A DNA stretch of 61,713 nucleotides, counting the filler, from Choristocarpus tenellus KU-1152 (lineage: Eukaryota; Protista; Phaeophyceae), in assembly GCA_964200185.2 (NCBI GenBank). It is 10 parts of 10 records of this genome, joined end to end, with 100 filler letters (N's around TTAATTAATTAA, not from the genome) between each part and the next. Parts side by side here need not be neighbours in the genome. Positions count along the whole stretch, not along the records: positions 33,697 to 45,383 come from CAXNAD020002183.1; positions 45,484 to 49,558 come from CAXNAD020016360.1; positions 49,659 to 53,899 come from CAXNAD020015522.1; 7 more parts are not named here. One strand, given 5' to 3'. The notes beneath the pieces were generated by a model. It was not told where the DNA came from. It saw only the letters and a program-made list of their open reading frames with translations, and did not search any database. Position numbers and translations under genes: made by a program. Positions 36,801-49,733 of the stretch are shown one piece after another (the first letter of the stretch is position 1; each line of letters begins with the position of its first letter).

Positions 36801-39800
36801 AGTGCTGTATGATGCCCTGCAAACCAAGCTATTGAGTGACCCAAAGAATACCAAGTTATTGATATTGAGATCTGGCAACCGAGTCAGCTGTACCACAAGG
36901 ACATGCATTTCCTTCCCCAGCCATGTGGGACTTCCTCATTAAGGCAGCTGGTGCCATCCAGATGGACCACCACATGCTGGTCGCTCAGCCAAGGCAGATT
37001 TAATCATGGGTTTGACACATTAGCATGCAAGCTCATACCCAGGTCCTCCAGCCCCCAGAGGAGTGTTGACATGGGCCTTTCAAGTCCATATTCATCCCAA
37101 TGGACGGCAAGCTAAGAGGCAGTGCAGGACCAGTTCTCATCATTTTTGAAGTATCCGATCTTCTGCACTCTCCCAGGAGTAAGCTCCAGCAGATGCCCAG
37201 ACCTTCGTCACGTTCCTTAAGTTTAGCGTGTTGCCTTCAAGAAACTATCTTCTTACTTCGATCCATGGCTTCAGGATGTAATCTGACACACTAAGTGCAT
37301 AGGTGTGATCGAAATCACAACCCACACAGCAGGTGCAAAACAATTCTCCTCCAAAATGTCACAGGTACTGCCGACCCTCGGGGCATTTTGTGGAGACGAC
37401 ATCATCACTGTGAAGCACTCAGGAGAAGGGCTGTATATCCTTCCACGTTCAGAAAAACAACTCCTCACAACACTTTTAGGCTACCAATCCTCAACCTCCT
37501 CAGCTAGGAAATTGCATCTGAACAGCTCAGAGAGTTGGTTCTATGTGTCCAGGGCTTTCTTCTTGTTACTACTGCAGCATTTAATCTATCAAATTCTTCC
37601 GCCACGCACAAGAACAAATCTCCATCCAGTCTTAAGGATTGCAGGTGGTACAAAGGGGGCGTTGAGTTTTCAAGGGCACCAATGACTGAATAGGTACATA
37701 CGTTTTGAGTACTTCAGGGTCGATATCGGCTGAAAAGGTGTGCACACCTGATCTTCTACATTCGCCCTCACCTAAGGAGGCTAACCGCACTTAAGGCATG
37801 GTCATGGCATATATATATTGCAATAGGTTAAAAATATATTTTAAAAAACTCCAAAGGGTCAAAATCGGCTCCCCTCTTAAATGGTTCCACTCTGAACATA
37901 ACCCTAACACCACCCCTTTCTCACTCTTCACAGCCTTATCTCAAAATTTCATAGGGACTGTTTTACACCTGTGACCTCAACCACGGGTGACAAATACCTC
38001 TCCTTGTATACTCTTGTCTCCGACCAATCCTATCCCCTACACTCCAACTTGCAATAGACCCCTTCCCTACTCACAACACAAGCCCGAACATTGCTCTCAC
38101 CTCCACGGAGGTTGAAAATTGTCTGACTGAATATGTAACTTCCCGTGAAGCCCCCACACAGACCCGAGACCAAGTTGGACCAGCCCACCTGCCATCAGAT
38201 GATGTGCATGTGTATGTTTCTGAGTGCCAAACTACAGGGACCAACAACCAGCAGCACGAAGGCCCTCAACATCGACACAAAATCTCAAGAGGCGCAAAAC
38301 GGGAGGGGTAGATCTACAATTACGTTGTTACATTATCCAAAAACGCACAGACCAAGGTGTACTTGATCCTTGTCATGTGGTGGTGAGGGCAGGTGGACTA
38401 TGGCTGCAAGGTTAAGATAAGCAGAACAAGAACCTGTCTAGATCGCATGCATCAACAAGAAAGCTGTGTCCAAACATAAAGATACAGTACTGTGTGAATT
38501 GACTGCTCAGGTCGATTTTTTGTACCTCTTCAAGGCTCATACAATTTTAATTTGAGGTAGCTCTAAATCTTCACTGCAACATATCAGCATTCTATTCATG
38601 TCTTACTCAACCCAGTTTTGTTCTTAAAAACCGTCTTTCCTTCACGCAGGACATTCAACAATTTCAAATCCGCCCTCCGCAATCCAACTGACAAAGGGTC
38701 AGAAGTAATCCTGACAAACATCTCCCCTGTTTTAGGGGGGTGGAGGAACATAGAGACATTCACTCTCACAGTTTTCAACTCTCGATCATAGTCCAAGGGT
38801 GATCCCATCTCCATCTCTATCGCTGCGATATCCAAGCAGCTTGAGAATGCTACAACCAGGGTCATGGCAAGCAGGTTAGGCATCACCTGCACAGCATGTT
38901 AGTAGTGATGAATCAAGAATCAACGAACATCACAGCACAAATTGAGCAAGTTGCGCACCCGATTAAATCGGAAAAAATTCAGCCACAAATTACCTTTTCA
39001 ATAGGGTGGAACTCAAGGTGGGACAATAGATGCCAATCACACTAGTTATACTGGCATTCATGCAGGATTGTGGAATTCCCTACTCCAATGAAAAGTCTGT
39101 GACAACCCCTACAAACCCTTTCGTTCTCCAGAGTGTAAACTGTTCTGTGCTGTTGCTCGATATTGCATTGGGTGCTCATCAGCAACACCTCACCCTAATA
39201 AACACCCCCCAGCGAACAGATGAAATGTCAAAGAAGGACCACGCCTCTGTCCATGGGAGAGAGGGTGACTCCTCACTGATCCAGCCCAGTACCCGAGCTT
39301 CCTATATTAGGCAGGAGATCCAGAAGAAGAGGGAGCAAACACCATGAGCCACAAACAATTTCCATACTTCTTATAACAACAAACTAAATTTGGAACATTT
39401 GAAGTGTGTGATTATAATAATATTGTGTATCAAAGCACACACATCTTCTTCCTTGTGCTGTGTGCATATGGGCTGCTCATTGTGGACTGTCAGGATTCAC
39501 TCCTTCTGCTCCCCGGAGTATCGCCCTCTTTTTTCAAAGCGAAAAAGGAATGCCCTCCTGCATAGATGCCTCATACTCATACTGTTGTCCTATCTTCCAG
39601 CACTGTGAAAAATCAAACGCCTAAAAACTCGCAACAGAGAGTAGCAGAAATTATGTAAGCGTGCCCTTTACACTCTGTCAGTGTGTACTGTCTGCTGTAC
39701 CATACAACAAGATCCCTCCGCTCCAGGTACCAGGAAAGTATTAACAAGCCAAGGACTAAGGACCACAAGAAAACCAATTGATTCTTCCCGCCCTGCTATG

Positions 39801-42800
39801 CACCTCTCCTACCTTATCCTCACCAGGAGGAGAATGCCTCCCTCATCGAAAAGTGACATTTTTGCAAGCATCAAAGTCAACCCACAACACTTTCAGCAGT
39901 AACGATCAACCCTTAATCGATACTCCACTGTGACCTCTTCTGCTACCTTGCCCACACTACCTTCACATAACATTCATTCTATCTCACCCGCTCATTGCCC
40001 CCTTCCCTCCTTTGCACCAAGCCCGTTTACCTCAAGGGATGTCCCAGTGAGTGCCAGAGTTGAGAAAAAGGCCACAAGTATTGCCACCATGAGGAGGGGC
40101 AGAGTCAGCACAGAGGGAAACCGGCGCAAGCACAGAAACAAGACTAATCCTGCTCCCACTGTAGGCAGGGCTAAGCCCAGCGCCCTAGGCTCCGCCAACA
40201 GGTAAAGGTCTTGGAGACCTTTAATATCAATCTGGAGGTGGGGGTGAGAGTGGGTATGTGGGAGGATCAGGAGGTCATCTCACCTTTTGAAGTGAAAGAG
40301 AAAGAGGACGCACAAACTCCCCTTCTCATGGATGTACAAATTAGGCAGTCCGAGGAAGTGTGTTACGCATACTTGTATGACTGCTACTTCTTGGAGTTCA
40401 AGTGTAGAACATCATCGAAGGACTACATCCAACCACGTACGCCTTCCTCCACCCCCATGGCCTCACATGCAAGTGCAGGTGACAAAATTCACAAATAATG
40501 TTGGTGAGGTTGCAAGGGTTCTGGATAATGGAAAGAGCACTACATTGACGTAATGTAACCTAAAAAAGAAAAGAAAAGCCCCTTCGAAATGCACACACAC
40601 CCTACCTCCCCAACCTTATCACATCCAGATAACAAAGTATGAAGATTTTAATCCTACATCCAAAATCACAACCAAGTGTAGTCTCTTACTCCACCCTTCT
40701 CTGCATCTTCCGCACCTAGGAGGCCTTACACCACATTAGGAATCCTTCCTAGTGCCTATAAGTCACCCCACCATCCACATCAGTCAAAGCCAGTCGATTT
40801 CACCTCCATCACCTTCCACACCCGCCAAAACCTCTCACCCCTGCCACAAACCCTAGCCCTGCTTGCCCACAGAAGTACCCAATATAGGCTAAGTAGCCTC
40901 CCACCACCGGCATGGGAAGATACTGCACCACTGAGGCCAGTCGCAAGTGGCCCACGGCCACCAGTGCTGCCCCCAGGATGGCTGTGCAGGAACAAAGCAC
41001 AAAACACACTGCGTGTAGCATAGATGTTGTGGTTAGCACTGTCAACATGCAGGACTTTGAGGGTTTCTCGGGGCTAGTCATTCTTTGTTCAAATATGATA
41101 TGTGGTACATTTCCCACTTATCTTCGCATCTGATTGAGTCTTACAATTTTGTCACAGGGTGATTGATCACTACTGTGTATTGCGATACTTAGAACATTTT
41201 GGGTTGATCATATTATATTTGTGTGTGTGTCTATTTAGTATGTTCGAAGTCGATTTTCGTTTCTTTTTTGTTCTTTTGCATGGAGTAAGTGAATCTGTAC
41301 CTGCACTTGGCACATATCCGTGGACTAACTCATCCTGACAAGATGTCGCTTCAAATAGCATCAATTGCGCCCGTAGCTAGTGAACTCAGAAGGCAAAAGG
41401 AGCTAAGTAAACGAGAGGTACCCAAAGATGTATTTTAAGGATGCTGACCTATGTGTGCAAAATTTGACTTTTTTTTATTACAAATGTGTATATTGGAACT
41501 TTTCTGAATTGCGTCGAAAATTTTCAAACAATAGAGAAATCAACGCTCAAGTCAAAGTTAGCATTTCATCCACAGAAATATGGTTAAATAGCAAAAAATT
41601 GAAAAAACTGACTAGATTGCAAAACGGTCAAAACCTGGGTACCTCTCACTTACTTTGACTCAAAAAGTAATCTGAGTACCACCAAGATCTTGGAACACGC
41701 ATGGTCTAATCCCTGCTGTTACACCCAGGATGAAACCATAAACATAAATATTAAGTACATGCTGAGAAATACACTTTTTGAGATCTGACCATCAGCTTGT
41801 GCGAGCGATTGAAGCCACAACTACACCAACTTGCCAAAGTGTACTTCATGAAAATTCTGGGATTGAAATATATTCACCTTTCCATAGTTTTGTTCACTTT
41901 ATACTTGATTCTTTGTTACCATGTGTTCCCACATGTTCTCACAACAGGTAGGGACTGATTCCGTAGTAGTGAGCTGGGGTAGGGTGCGCAATCATATTGA
42001 TTGGAGAGTGAAGATGAGAGACAGGACAAAAAAACTCCAGGCATAATAATCCCTTTGTTGATATCATCCCTGTCCATTGCTTGTTGCACACGGTTTTTTC
42101 CTCTGTCTACTCTCAAGCACGACAACATATCATCCAAGGTCTACTGAAGAAGTGGCTAGACCTATCACAAAGTTTACAACGAAGAGGGAATGGATCATTC
42201 AGCCCAACAGTCACACCTGTGCTGATCATCTCGTTGGAATCAATGCCCTTTTCTCTCCCAAACGCAACCACAGTGGATGCTATAGCAGACAGGAATATCA
42301 AGCCAGCATCCTATGTAGTCCTCGGAATAGTTGGGGGAAACAAATTAGCTGATAATAGAAGGAGGCAATCATAGAGGGAGAATTGGGGAGAGAAAAATAT
42401 AGCTCTTTATGGTGTAAACACTTGCCCTGCCATGGCAAGTCAAGTAGTGATAAGGTTGAGTGTAAGGGGGAGTGAATGGGTTCACAGTCCCAGTTGTACC
42501 TGCTTAATGGATAACCCAAAGAAACCCTCTTATTGATTTAAAGTGTTGTATTTCTTCCCATAGAACCATGTCACCAACTTACTACTATCTTACAGGGGAT
42601 GTCGTTGACTGTTTGGGGACCTGTGACTGCCCTCTAGTAGATGTGCTTCAAGAGGTCTAGAGGGGGATTTTGCACACATATTATGCCTTTTTATGTAAAT
42701 TTACTTCTAAAACTCTGGAGGTCAATTCTACACTGAAGAGAACATTAATCTCTTCTACAGATACAGCCTCCTAAGGGGAGTTAGCCATGCTCTAATCCTG

Positions 42801-44066
42801 AGAAACTGGCGTCAGACAGAGTATTTAAAAATGATATAGGTACTCAAAAGGACCTAAATTGACCCATCTCTTCTGATGCAGGATAACTCATAAAACGGAC
42901 AACACTCTGTTCCTGAGAGTTTTGACGACCAAGAAAGAAGGTGGAGAGACGAAGTGAGATCCTGGTACAACACTCAGAGTCTGAGGGCAAGTAGGGACTA
43001 ACTCATGGATAGTATGGACCAATATCAACTTCGAAGCACAGCACTATCATCAACACCCACTCTCCAGGAAACACTGCTCTCTAGCGACCAGCCCTCGTTT
43101 GCACTCTTGTATCTCATCCTAGTGTCTTACTTGGACGGACCCTACAGCAAAAGGTAGTCCTGACAGTGACGAAAAACAAGCCTGGTGAACACCGCCGCTA
43201 AAGAGTGTGAGCTTCACCAGCCTATCAGGCGATGTAAAAGCACAGGGAAGGAGATAAAGCGAGAGGGATAGGGGGACAGTGATGGAGGAAGTAGACCCAA
43301 TCATATGGGTATGGGGAATACTACGAAGAAGGATTGCCGGTTTTGTTTTCAAACATCGTTGGAGCTCTAATTCTCACACCTCTATTCAGGAGGAGCCCAA
43401 CACACACGACCCATCCAAGGGCCTGTGTGGAAAGCAACACTCATCCTTTCTGGACCATGAGAAACACTGGCCACCCTACATCTGCTCTCAAGGAAGAGCA
43501 CACACTTCAAAACACATGAAAAAGGGATGCGGTGCCCATCAACACAAATTTAAATGTACAACACAGAAACACTTGCCAGAACCATCCAATGGTCGAGATG
43601 ACCATTTTCACACTGCTACCACAACACACCTTGGAAGAAACGGACCGAACGCCGAATCGCGGAAGATGATGGCCGCGAAGCTGACCAAAATAGGCGGTAA
43701 AAGAATCCCATTTACCACCCCATAGGCAAGGCCACGGATCAGTGAATCAGAATGCCCGAATGGGGAGCCTGAGGATGATTCGGACGTTTCAGGAGTCACG
43801 TTTGTCGTAAGAAGAGATCCTTCGCACGAGTTTGCGGGCTGCTTGCTATCCACCTGCACACCATTGCTCTTGCCAGAGAGAAATTTGGGGGTGGGAAGTA
43901 GAGTATAAGCCAGGAAGAAGGATAGGGGTTACAAAATGTTAGGAAATCTTCCTCAGTTGTCTTTCTCAGGGGAACTCACCTCCCCGCACTCAAGGGCATT
44001 GGAGTCCACAGAGTGGAACCTGGGGCCTCTCTTCCCTTGCCTTCCTCTCTCACCCCGTCCAAACAT
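33807..44066 (-). CDS. SulP/SLC26-family anion (sulfate/bicarbonate) transporter with STAS domain, 3'-partial
   Basis: Thirteen phase-compatible GT-AG exons: 44066-43980, 43853-43630, 43221-43131, 42310-42217, 41008-40839, 40231-40031, 39301-39194, 38886-38770, 38188-38101, 35653-35488, 35076-34950, 34707-34597, 34283-33807. Motifs include PFAVGSVQDAGLIFL, QYLPMPVVGGYLAYIG, DRELKTVGWSNLVSGLCGGFTGSYIFSQT and the STAS start LELEGYIFFGSA. Exon 1 is less certain. Confidence 0.92.
41400..41661. mobile_element. MITE family C in SulP intron
   Basis: TIRs GAGCTAAGTAAACGAGAGGTACCC / GGGTACCTCTCACTTACTTTGACTC. Confidence 0.8.
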
Positions 44067-45077
44067 GAAAAATGTACCTATGTGTAATTTTTGGGTATGG
44101 TGTAAGTAGGTACGATAAGTTGTGAGGTACGCCTTGTTTCAACTTTTGAACTTTGAACTTCGTTGAGGAGATGCTTACTAGAAAAAAATCACCCGGAGAA
44201 ATCACAACAGGAATGCTCAAATGGTGGAGAAGTAGTAGGATGTAATAATAGATTGATTGAAAATATTTTTCTTATTGATTTGTGGAGAATATTCTTTAGT
44301 TATATTTTATTATGTAATCTTCTATGTCAACTACTACGTCTTCGTTCGGTTGGTTCTCCATGATTGAAAGGATGTAATTCTTGCACTTTGGTGTGGGTAT
44401 TCCTTTCAGATAGACACCACAACAGGAGGAACATAAAATACATCCTTCAGAAGTTGGTGTAGTTGTACCGTTGATTAGTTGGATTCGGAGGGTCTCCAAC
44501 AACCTCTAATTTCAAGGCACTATCCCTTTTCTCAAAATACGTAACATATGCACACAACAGAAAATCAAGATATAACTCATTTGTGCTTTACAAATCAGCA
44601 CAAAAATAATATGTACAACTAATTGTTTTATGTGAAGGTTGAACAATCAGTGAAGATGCACAGCTCAACATACAAACTTGAAAAAAACGTATGCTACCCA
44701 CGAATCTTGTACCACGAATCATGTACTGAGTATAACTCAATATTGAATGATGTAGAAAATCCCAAATTGTCCATATGACTTTGTTGGCTACTATGTGCAC
44801 ATGATTTGTAGGTAGCAGTCACCTTTTCTGTATTTTTCCATTATGTGTTGAGAGAAGATAACTGAATATGTGATCTGTGCGTACCTCATGTTATTATACA
44901 AATATAATATTCTGATATATGCGGAAAGAAATATCGTGTGCATTTGAATAGGAAGAAAAATAGTATACAAATCTTACCTTGTCAAGGACAGGTTCCTTTT
45001 TGGGATCTCCGACACACACACTGTGCATAAGACGCGCGGTCATATACAATTGCGCACGCCAACCACCTAATTTTTAG

Positions 45078-45262
45078 CTCATCCAGACCGACCAGTCCAA
45101 TAAACCAATCACACCCATAAGATCCAGATTTAACCAAAACAGCCAAAATGGACCCAGAACGAAGAACCATTGCGATTCTGATTCATCCATCACTTTGCTG
45201 TGACCTTGCTCAGTCATTCTGGAGCATCAGATGTTCTCTCAGCAAAATTGAGGTTTGTTTTG
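45078..45262 (+). repeat. Dispersed repeat homologous (inverted) to 53417-53595; possible Gypsy LTR/leader fragment
   Basis: ACCGACCAGTCCAATAAACCAATCACACCCATAAGATCC...TGCTCAGTCATTCTGG matches the reverse complement of the region upstream of the Gypsy gag-like ORFs. Confidence 0.65.
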
Positions 45263-45483
45263 CTCACGAATTCTGGATTATTGTTATTATTTTGCACATT
45301 CCTATTTTCTTATTCCTCTATCCTCTATTCCCCATTTCATGACCCTCCAGTGCCAATGCCCTTCGTCACTGATTGTCAGCCATNNNNNNNNNNNNNNNNN
45401 NNNNNNNNNNNNNNNNNNNNNNNNNNNTTAATTAATTAANNNNNNNNNNNNNNNNNNNNNNNNNNNNNNNNNNNNNNNNNNNN

Positions 45484-45548
45484 CCTGGTTTTGGTCCAAA
45501 TGGAGACTCTGGTGTAGACCCCCCCCCCCACCCCAGATACTTTGAGTC
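45484..45548. mobile_element. MITE family B end fragment at contig start (another at 49659-49733)
   Basis: CCAAATGGAGACTCTGGTGTAGACCCCC...CCCCAGATACTTTGAGTC. Confidence 0.8.
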
Positions 45549-45638
45549 TCCAATCCGGAAATTTTGGAAATCCCACGGACCAATAGAGCGGAGGCTAGCA
45601 AAAAATAAAATAGTTCGACGAAAAAATATTTGACTTAG

Positions 45639-45700
45639 CCCTAGCCCTAACCCTAACCCTAACCCTAACCCTAACCCTAACCCTAACCCTAACCCTAACC
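45639..45700. repeat. Interstitial telomeric repeat (CCCTAA)9
   Basis: Nine perfect CCCTAA units at 45645-45698, and a second shorter tract at ~46104-46138. Confidence 0.92.
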
Positions 45701-47424
45701 CACCCCCTATTATTAACTTTCATTTTTATTGTAAAGTACACAAAAAAATGTTCAACTCTTACTGGTGTTACAATCAATCCCTTTTAGAGTTCGACAGATG
45801 TTTCATTTGACATAGTGATGACTCATGTAGATTATTTAGATTTAAAAACTCCACCGCACACAGCTTGCATGATTTTTTTTTTTGGAGTGGTATGACACTA
45901 TATATTTACCACCTACGGTACAACGAATTCCACACACAATTATATATTTATGTATATATATACATATCATCGACAGTTTCATTCTAAGCCATACCAAAAC
46001 GCCAACCAAACTGAAACCCTACTTTAAAAGCTGTACCATAAGCACAACAGCATCACAATCAGCTAAAATAACTTACAGTACGAAATAGATTAAACAAAAA
46101 AAACCTAACCCTAACCCTAACCCTAACCCCAACCCTAGACAAACGCCTACAAGGTGTACTTCCCACACAGACTCGCATCATTGCATGTCTTTTGCTAGTA
46201 TAATAATCACCGTATATGCACTTGTGGGTTTGTAGACGCCATCTAGCAGCACCATACTCAACCATAAAAATAAAATAATATAATTTTTTTTACCGTGTGT
46301 ATATTTTTTTCGTATCTTAATTTTTTTTAATAGACTCCATCGGGTCTCGTTTTCTTTTCCATACCACCCTCACATCATGCAAACCCACCCTCCACTACAA
46401 ATACCTTCTACCACCTTACCCAGTGCCACACAAACGCTGCCAACTGCAGAAGGCCTCAATTTCTAACAATTTCTAACAATCAATTTCCCAGCGGAACCTC
46501 TCACCACAATCAGGGAGAAGGCTCTTTTACAAAACCAAAATTCATCTTACACAATTCACATAATTCTTCTGCCGCTAACAATAACAAAACTCACCTGTGG
46601 CACAGATAGCATAGCTACAATGGAGAGCACTTCGTTGGAACAATTACATGTAAAACTTAAAATAAAAATTATTACATTATTAGAGGGGGGTGGCTAGAAT
46701 TCTCATTAAAATGGGGAAACAGAAATAATATCATAAATAATATCATAAATAAAAAATAAATAAAATAATAATAATAATAATAATAATACTCATGACTCTG
46801 ATTGACGGTGCTGAGAATGATGTTTCCTGGAAAAAAAAACTAGAGTTCTCCACCGACGCTTGTTCTGATCTACCAATTACGGAACACACCCGATACAAAC
46901 ATTTAGGGTTAAGGCTACCCGGTTTATTTATTCCACACGTCACACGCCGGCTCACTCGCCTCCAAAACTTCCTGCAAATACACGTAAGCATGAAGTACAC
47001 ACTCACCTCCTAGTCAATACAAAGCCTCTCCAACCAAGGGATTCAATTTCCCCAGACTACATTAGTCGTACGCTATGAATTGACCAATCATCCGGGAGGA
47101 GGCCCACCAACTACATTACAAATTATTATTAATATCATTATAAGTGTTGTTTTTGATAGCATCACTCGTGCGTCTACAAAACATAAACAACAACAAACAA
47201 AAAATAAACGCCTTCCTCAACCCCTCAGAAAAAAAACTGACGTAGTAGTTTCAAAACCCCTGCTCCCCATTTTTGAAATAGAAAAAATGTGCATCTTCGA
47301 ATGGATAAAAAATATGAATATAAAACAACAAAGTACACAAATCGCCCCTTCTCCTTTCACCAGGTACTGTAGTAGAATTTCCAAACCTACATGATCACAC
47401 AGCCCACAGGCTAAAGTGAAAGTA

Positions 47425-47474
47425 TACATATCCTACATATCCTACATATCCTACATATCCTACATATCCTACAT
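47425..47474. repeat. 9-bp minisatellite (TACATATCC)~5
   Basis: Read directly from the sequence. Confidence 0.9.
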
Positions 47475-48618
47475 CTCTCTCTCTGCCTCTCTCTCCCCCC
47501 CCCCCTCCACCTCCCTCCCTAAAAAAAAAAGTGGAATTGAACAAAAACAAGCAAAATTTTTTTCCTTGCAAAAATAGTGCACACGATAGATTAAAAAAAC
47601 ATACATCACATGAACACAACGCACTAATTACACAAAAAAAATTCTTTTTGAATTTCTAACTCGATACCGTGCATTGATACATCTATACACATAAAAAACA
47701 AAACATAAAATAAAATCCTACTCTTCCTACATTTTTTTCCACAGATGTGCATGTAAACACACACTCGCACACACTTTTCAGTAATCTTGTATCCTTTCCA
47801 ACTACGAGCACGCTGCATGACATCCTTTCCCCATAATATATGACAATATCATTGCTTCCTGATACGAATAATTGGGTTGTTGAATGGAGGATAACCTCCC
47901 CCCTTATTCACTTCACTTGTCACTTCTTTCCCGATTGACTCTCTGAGACTTATTTACCCTCTTTCCTTGTCTCTTTCCCTTCCATTCCTCCCGTGAGTCT
48001 TCCTGCTCCCCTCCAGTCTGAAGAACCTATTTGTTGGTTTCTACCTGTTTCACATCAATGTCCCATTTCATTTTCTACTCTCTTTTGTATTCCCTCACTG
48101 ACCACAAGTTGGAGTATGGTGAAGATACCTTCCACTTACACAATATGTCTCAAGTGTTTATTCTTTATAGTATCACTTCCAACAAAAGTACAGCATTATA
48201 CTCCATTCATACATCGAACATATCTGACAATCTAGCAATCTATTTTATTATTATTATCTTTCCGTCTATTTGTCCACAAATCAAACCATTAAGAATCAAA
48301 CCGTCTATTGGTCCATCCATGCATCAGAATGTGTAAGGTACAAACAATTGACATATTGTTTATTTTTGAAACGTTTGTAGGAAGTTTGAATACTCCCTCA
48401 AAAACATCTATCATAACATGCATGCATCCAATGTGAAACCCATCCATCCCAAAAAGGGACTCACCACCCTGTCTTGTCCCAGAACTTACTCAAGGCATGC
48501 CGAGAGAACAGTGCCATTTCGTGCTAGGCCTCGTGGCTAGTTCTGGCTTTATTCGGGCTGGGCGTATCCATCACCTTCAATTGACCAGTTTACTGCCTGC
48601 AATGAGTGTCGCCAGAGG

Positions 48619-49558
48619 GTGGGGTTTCATGTGAAGGTTAAGCGGCATACGCCCCCTGGAATCCTGGCAATATTCGGACTACGGCTGGGGAGGAAGAACA
48701 GTCGAGCATCACGTATTCCTGCTCTTTGTGTGAATGGACTGAAGTGGGATCTCAACGAACTGACCTTGTTCTCCAACGAAAGGCAGACTTTCACCATTGT
48801 TGGTTTGCCCACTGATATCCCACAGCAGAGCTTCGGTGACAGATTCGACAGGGTACTAGATGGCGTAATGTGGCCGTCACGACTCCAACAGTTAACCTTT
48901 GGAAATGACTTCAATCAGTCAGTTGATGAGGTACAGTGACCAACGGGGCTACAGATGCTGAGGTTCGGGTATTGTTTCAATCAAGCAGTTGACAGAGTGA
49001 AGTGGCCTTATGGGCTTCGAAAGCTTGATTTTATAGGGATATTCAACCAGCCAATAAATGGAGTAGCGTGGCCGACTGAGCTCAAGCAGCTGACCTTTGC
49101 AGCTGACTTCAATCAGGCAGTGGATGAGGTAACGTGGCCAACGGGGCTGCAGCTGCTGAGGTTCGGCAGTACATTCAATCAAGCAGTTGACAGAGTGAAG
49201 TGGTCTTCTGGGCTTCGACAGCTTGATTTTGGAGAACTCTTCAACCAGCCAGTAAATGGAGTAGCGTGGCCGGCTGAGCTCAAGGAACTGACCTTTGGAA
49301 ATGACTTCAATCAGGCAGTGGATGAGGTACAGTGGCCAACGGGGCTGCAGCTGCTGAGGTTCGGCTATCGTTTCAATCAAGCAGTTGACAGAGTAAAGTG
49401 GCCTTATGGGCTTCGACAACTTGCTTTTATAGGGATGTTCAACCAGCCAATAAATGGAGTAGCGTGGCCGACTGAGCTCAAGCAGCTGACCTTTGCAGCT
49501 GACTTCAATCAGGCAGTGGATGAGGTAACGTGGCCAACGGGGCTGCAGCTGCTGAGGT
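48619..49558 (+). pseudogene. FNIP-repeat protein gene (one in-frame TGA at a Trp position; 3' end cut by gap)
   Basis: About 11 22-aa units of type LTFGxxFNQPI/AVDxVxWPxxLxx (FNIP repeat). CAG TGA CCA at 48934-48942 corresponds to CAG TGG CCA in the equivalent later unit. Confidence 0.85.
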
Positions 49559-49733
49559 NNNNNNNNNNNNNNNNNNNNNNNNNNNNNNNNNNNNNNNNNN
49601 NNTTAATTAATTAANNNNNNNNNNNNNNNNNNNNNNNNNNNNNNNNNNNNNNNNNNNNATGCACTTTTCCTTATTTTGGTCCAAATGGACCCCCTGGTGT
49701 AGAACCCCCCCCCCCCCACAGATACTTTGGGTC

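Noticed and set aside
36357-36844. Two minus-strand ORFs sharing GHHT(A/S)LLR inside a SulP intron
   Set aside because: The match is short with no further similarity or recognisable family, so it is probably chance.
48937-48939. Alternative genetic code (TGA=Trp)
   Set aside because: All other Trp codons in the array are TGG, and the LRRC56-like gene ends in TGA.
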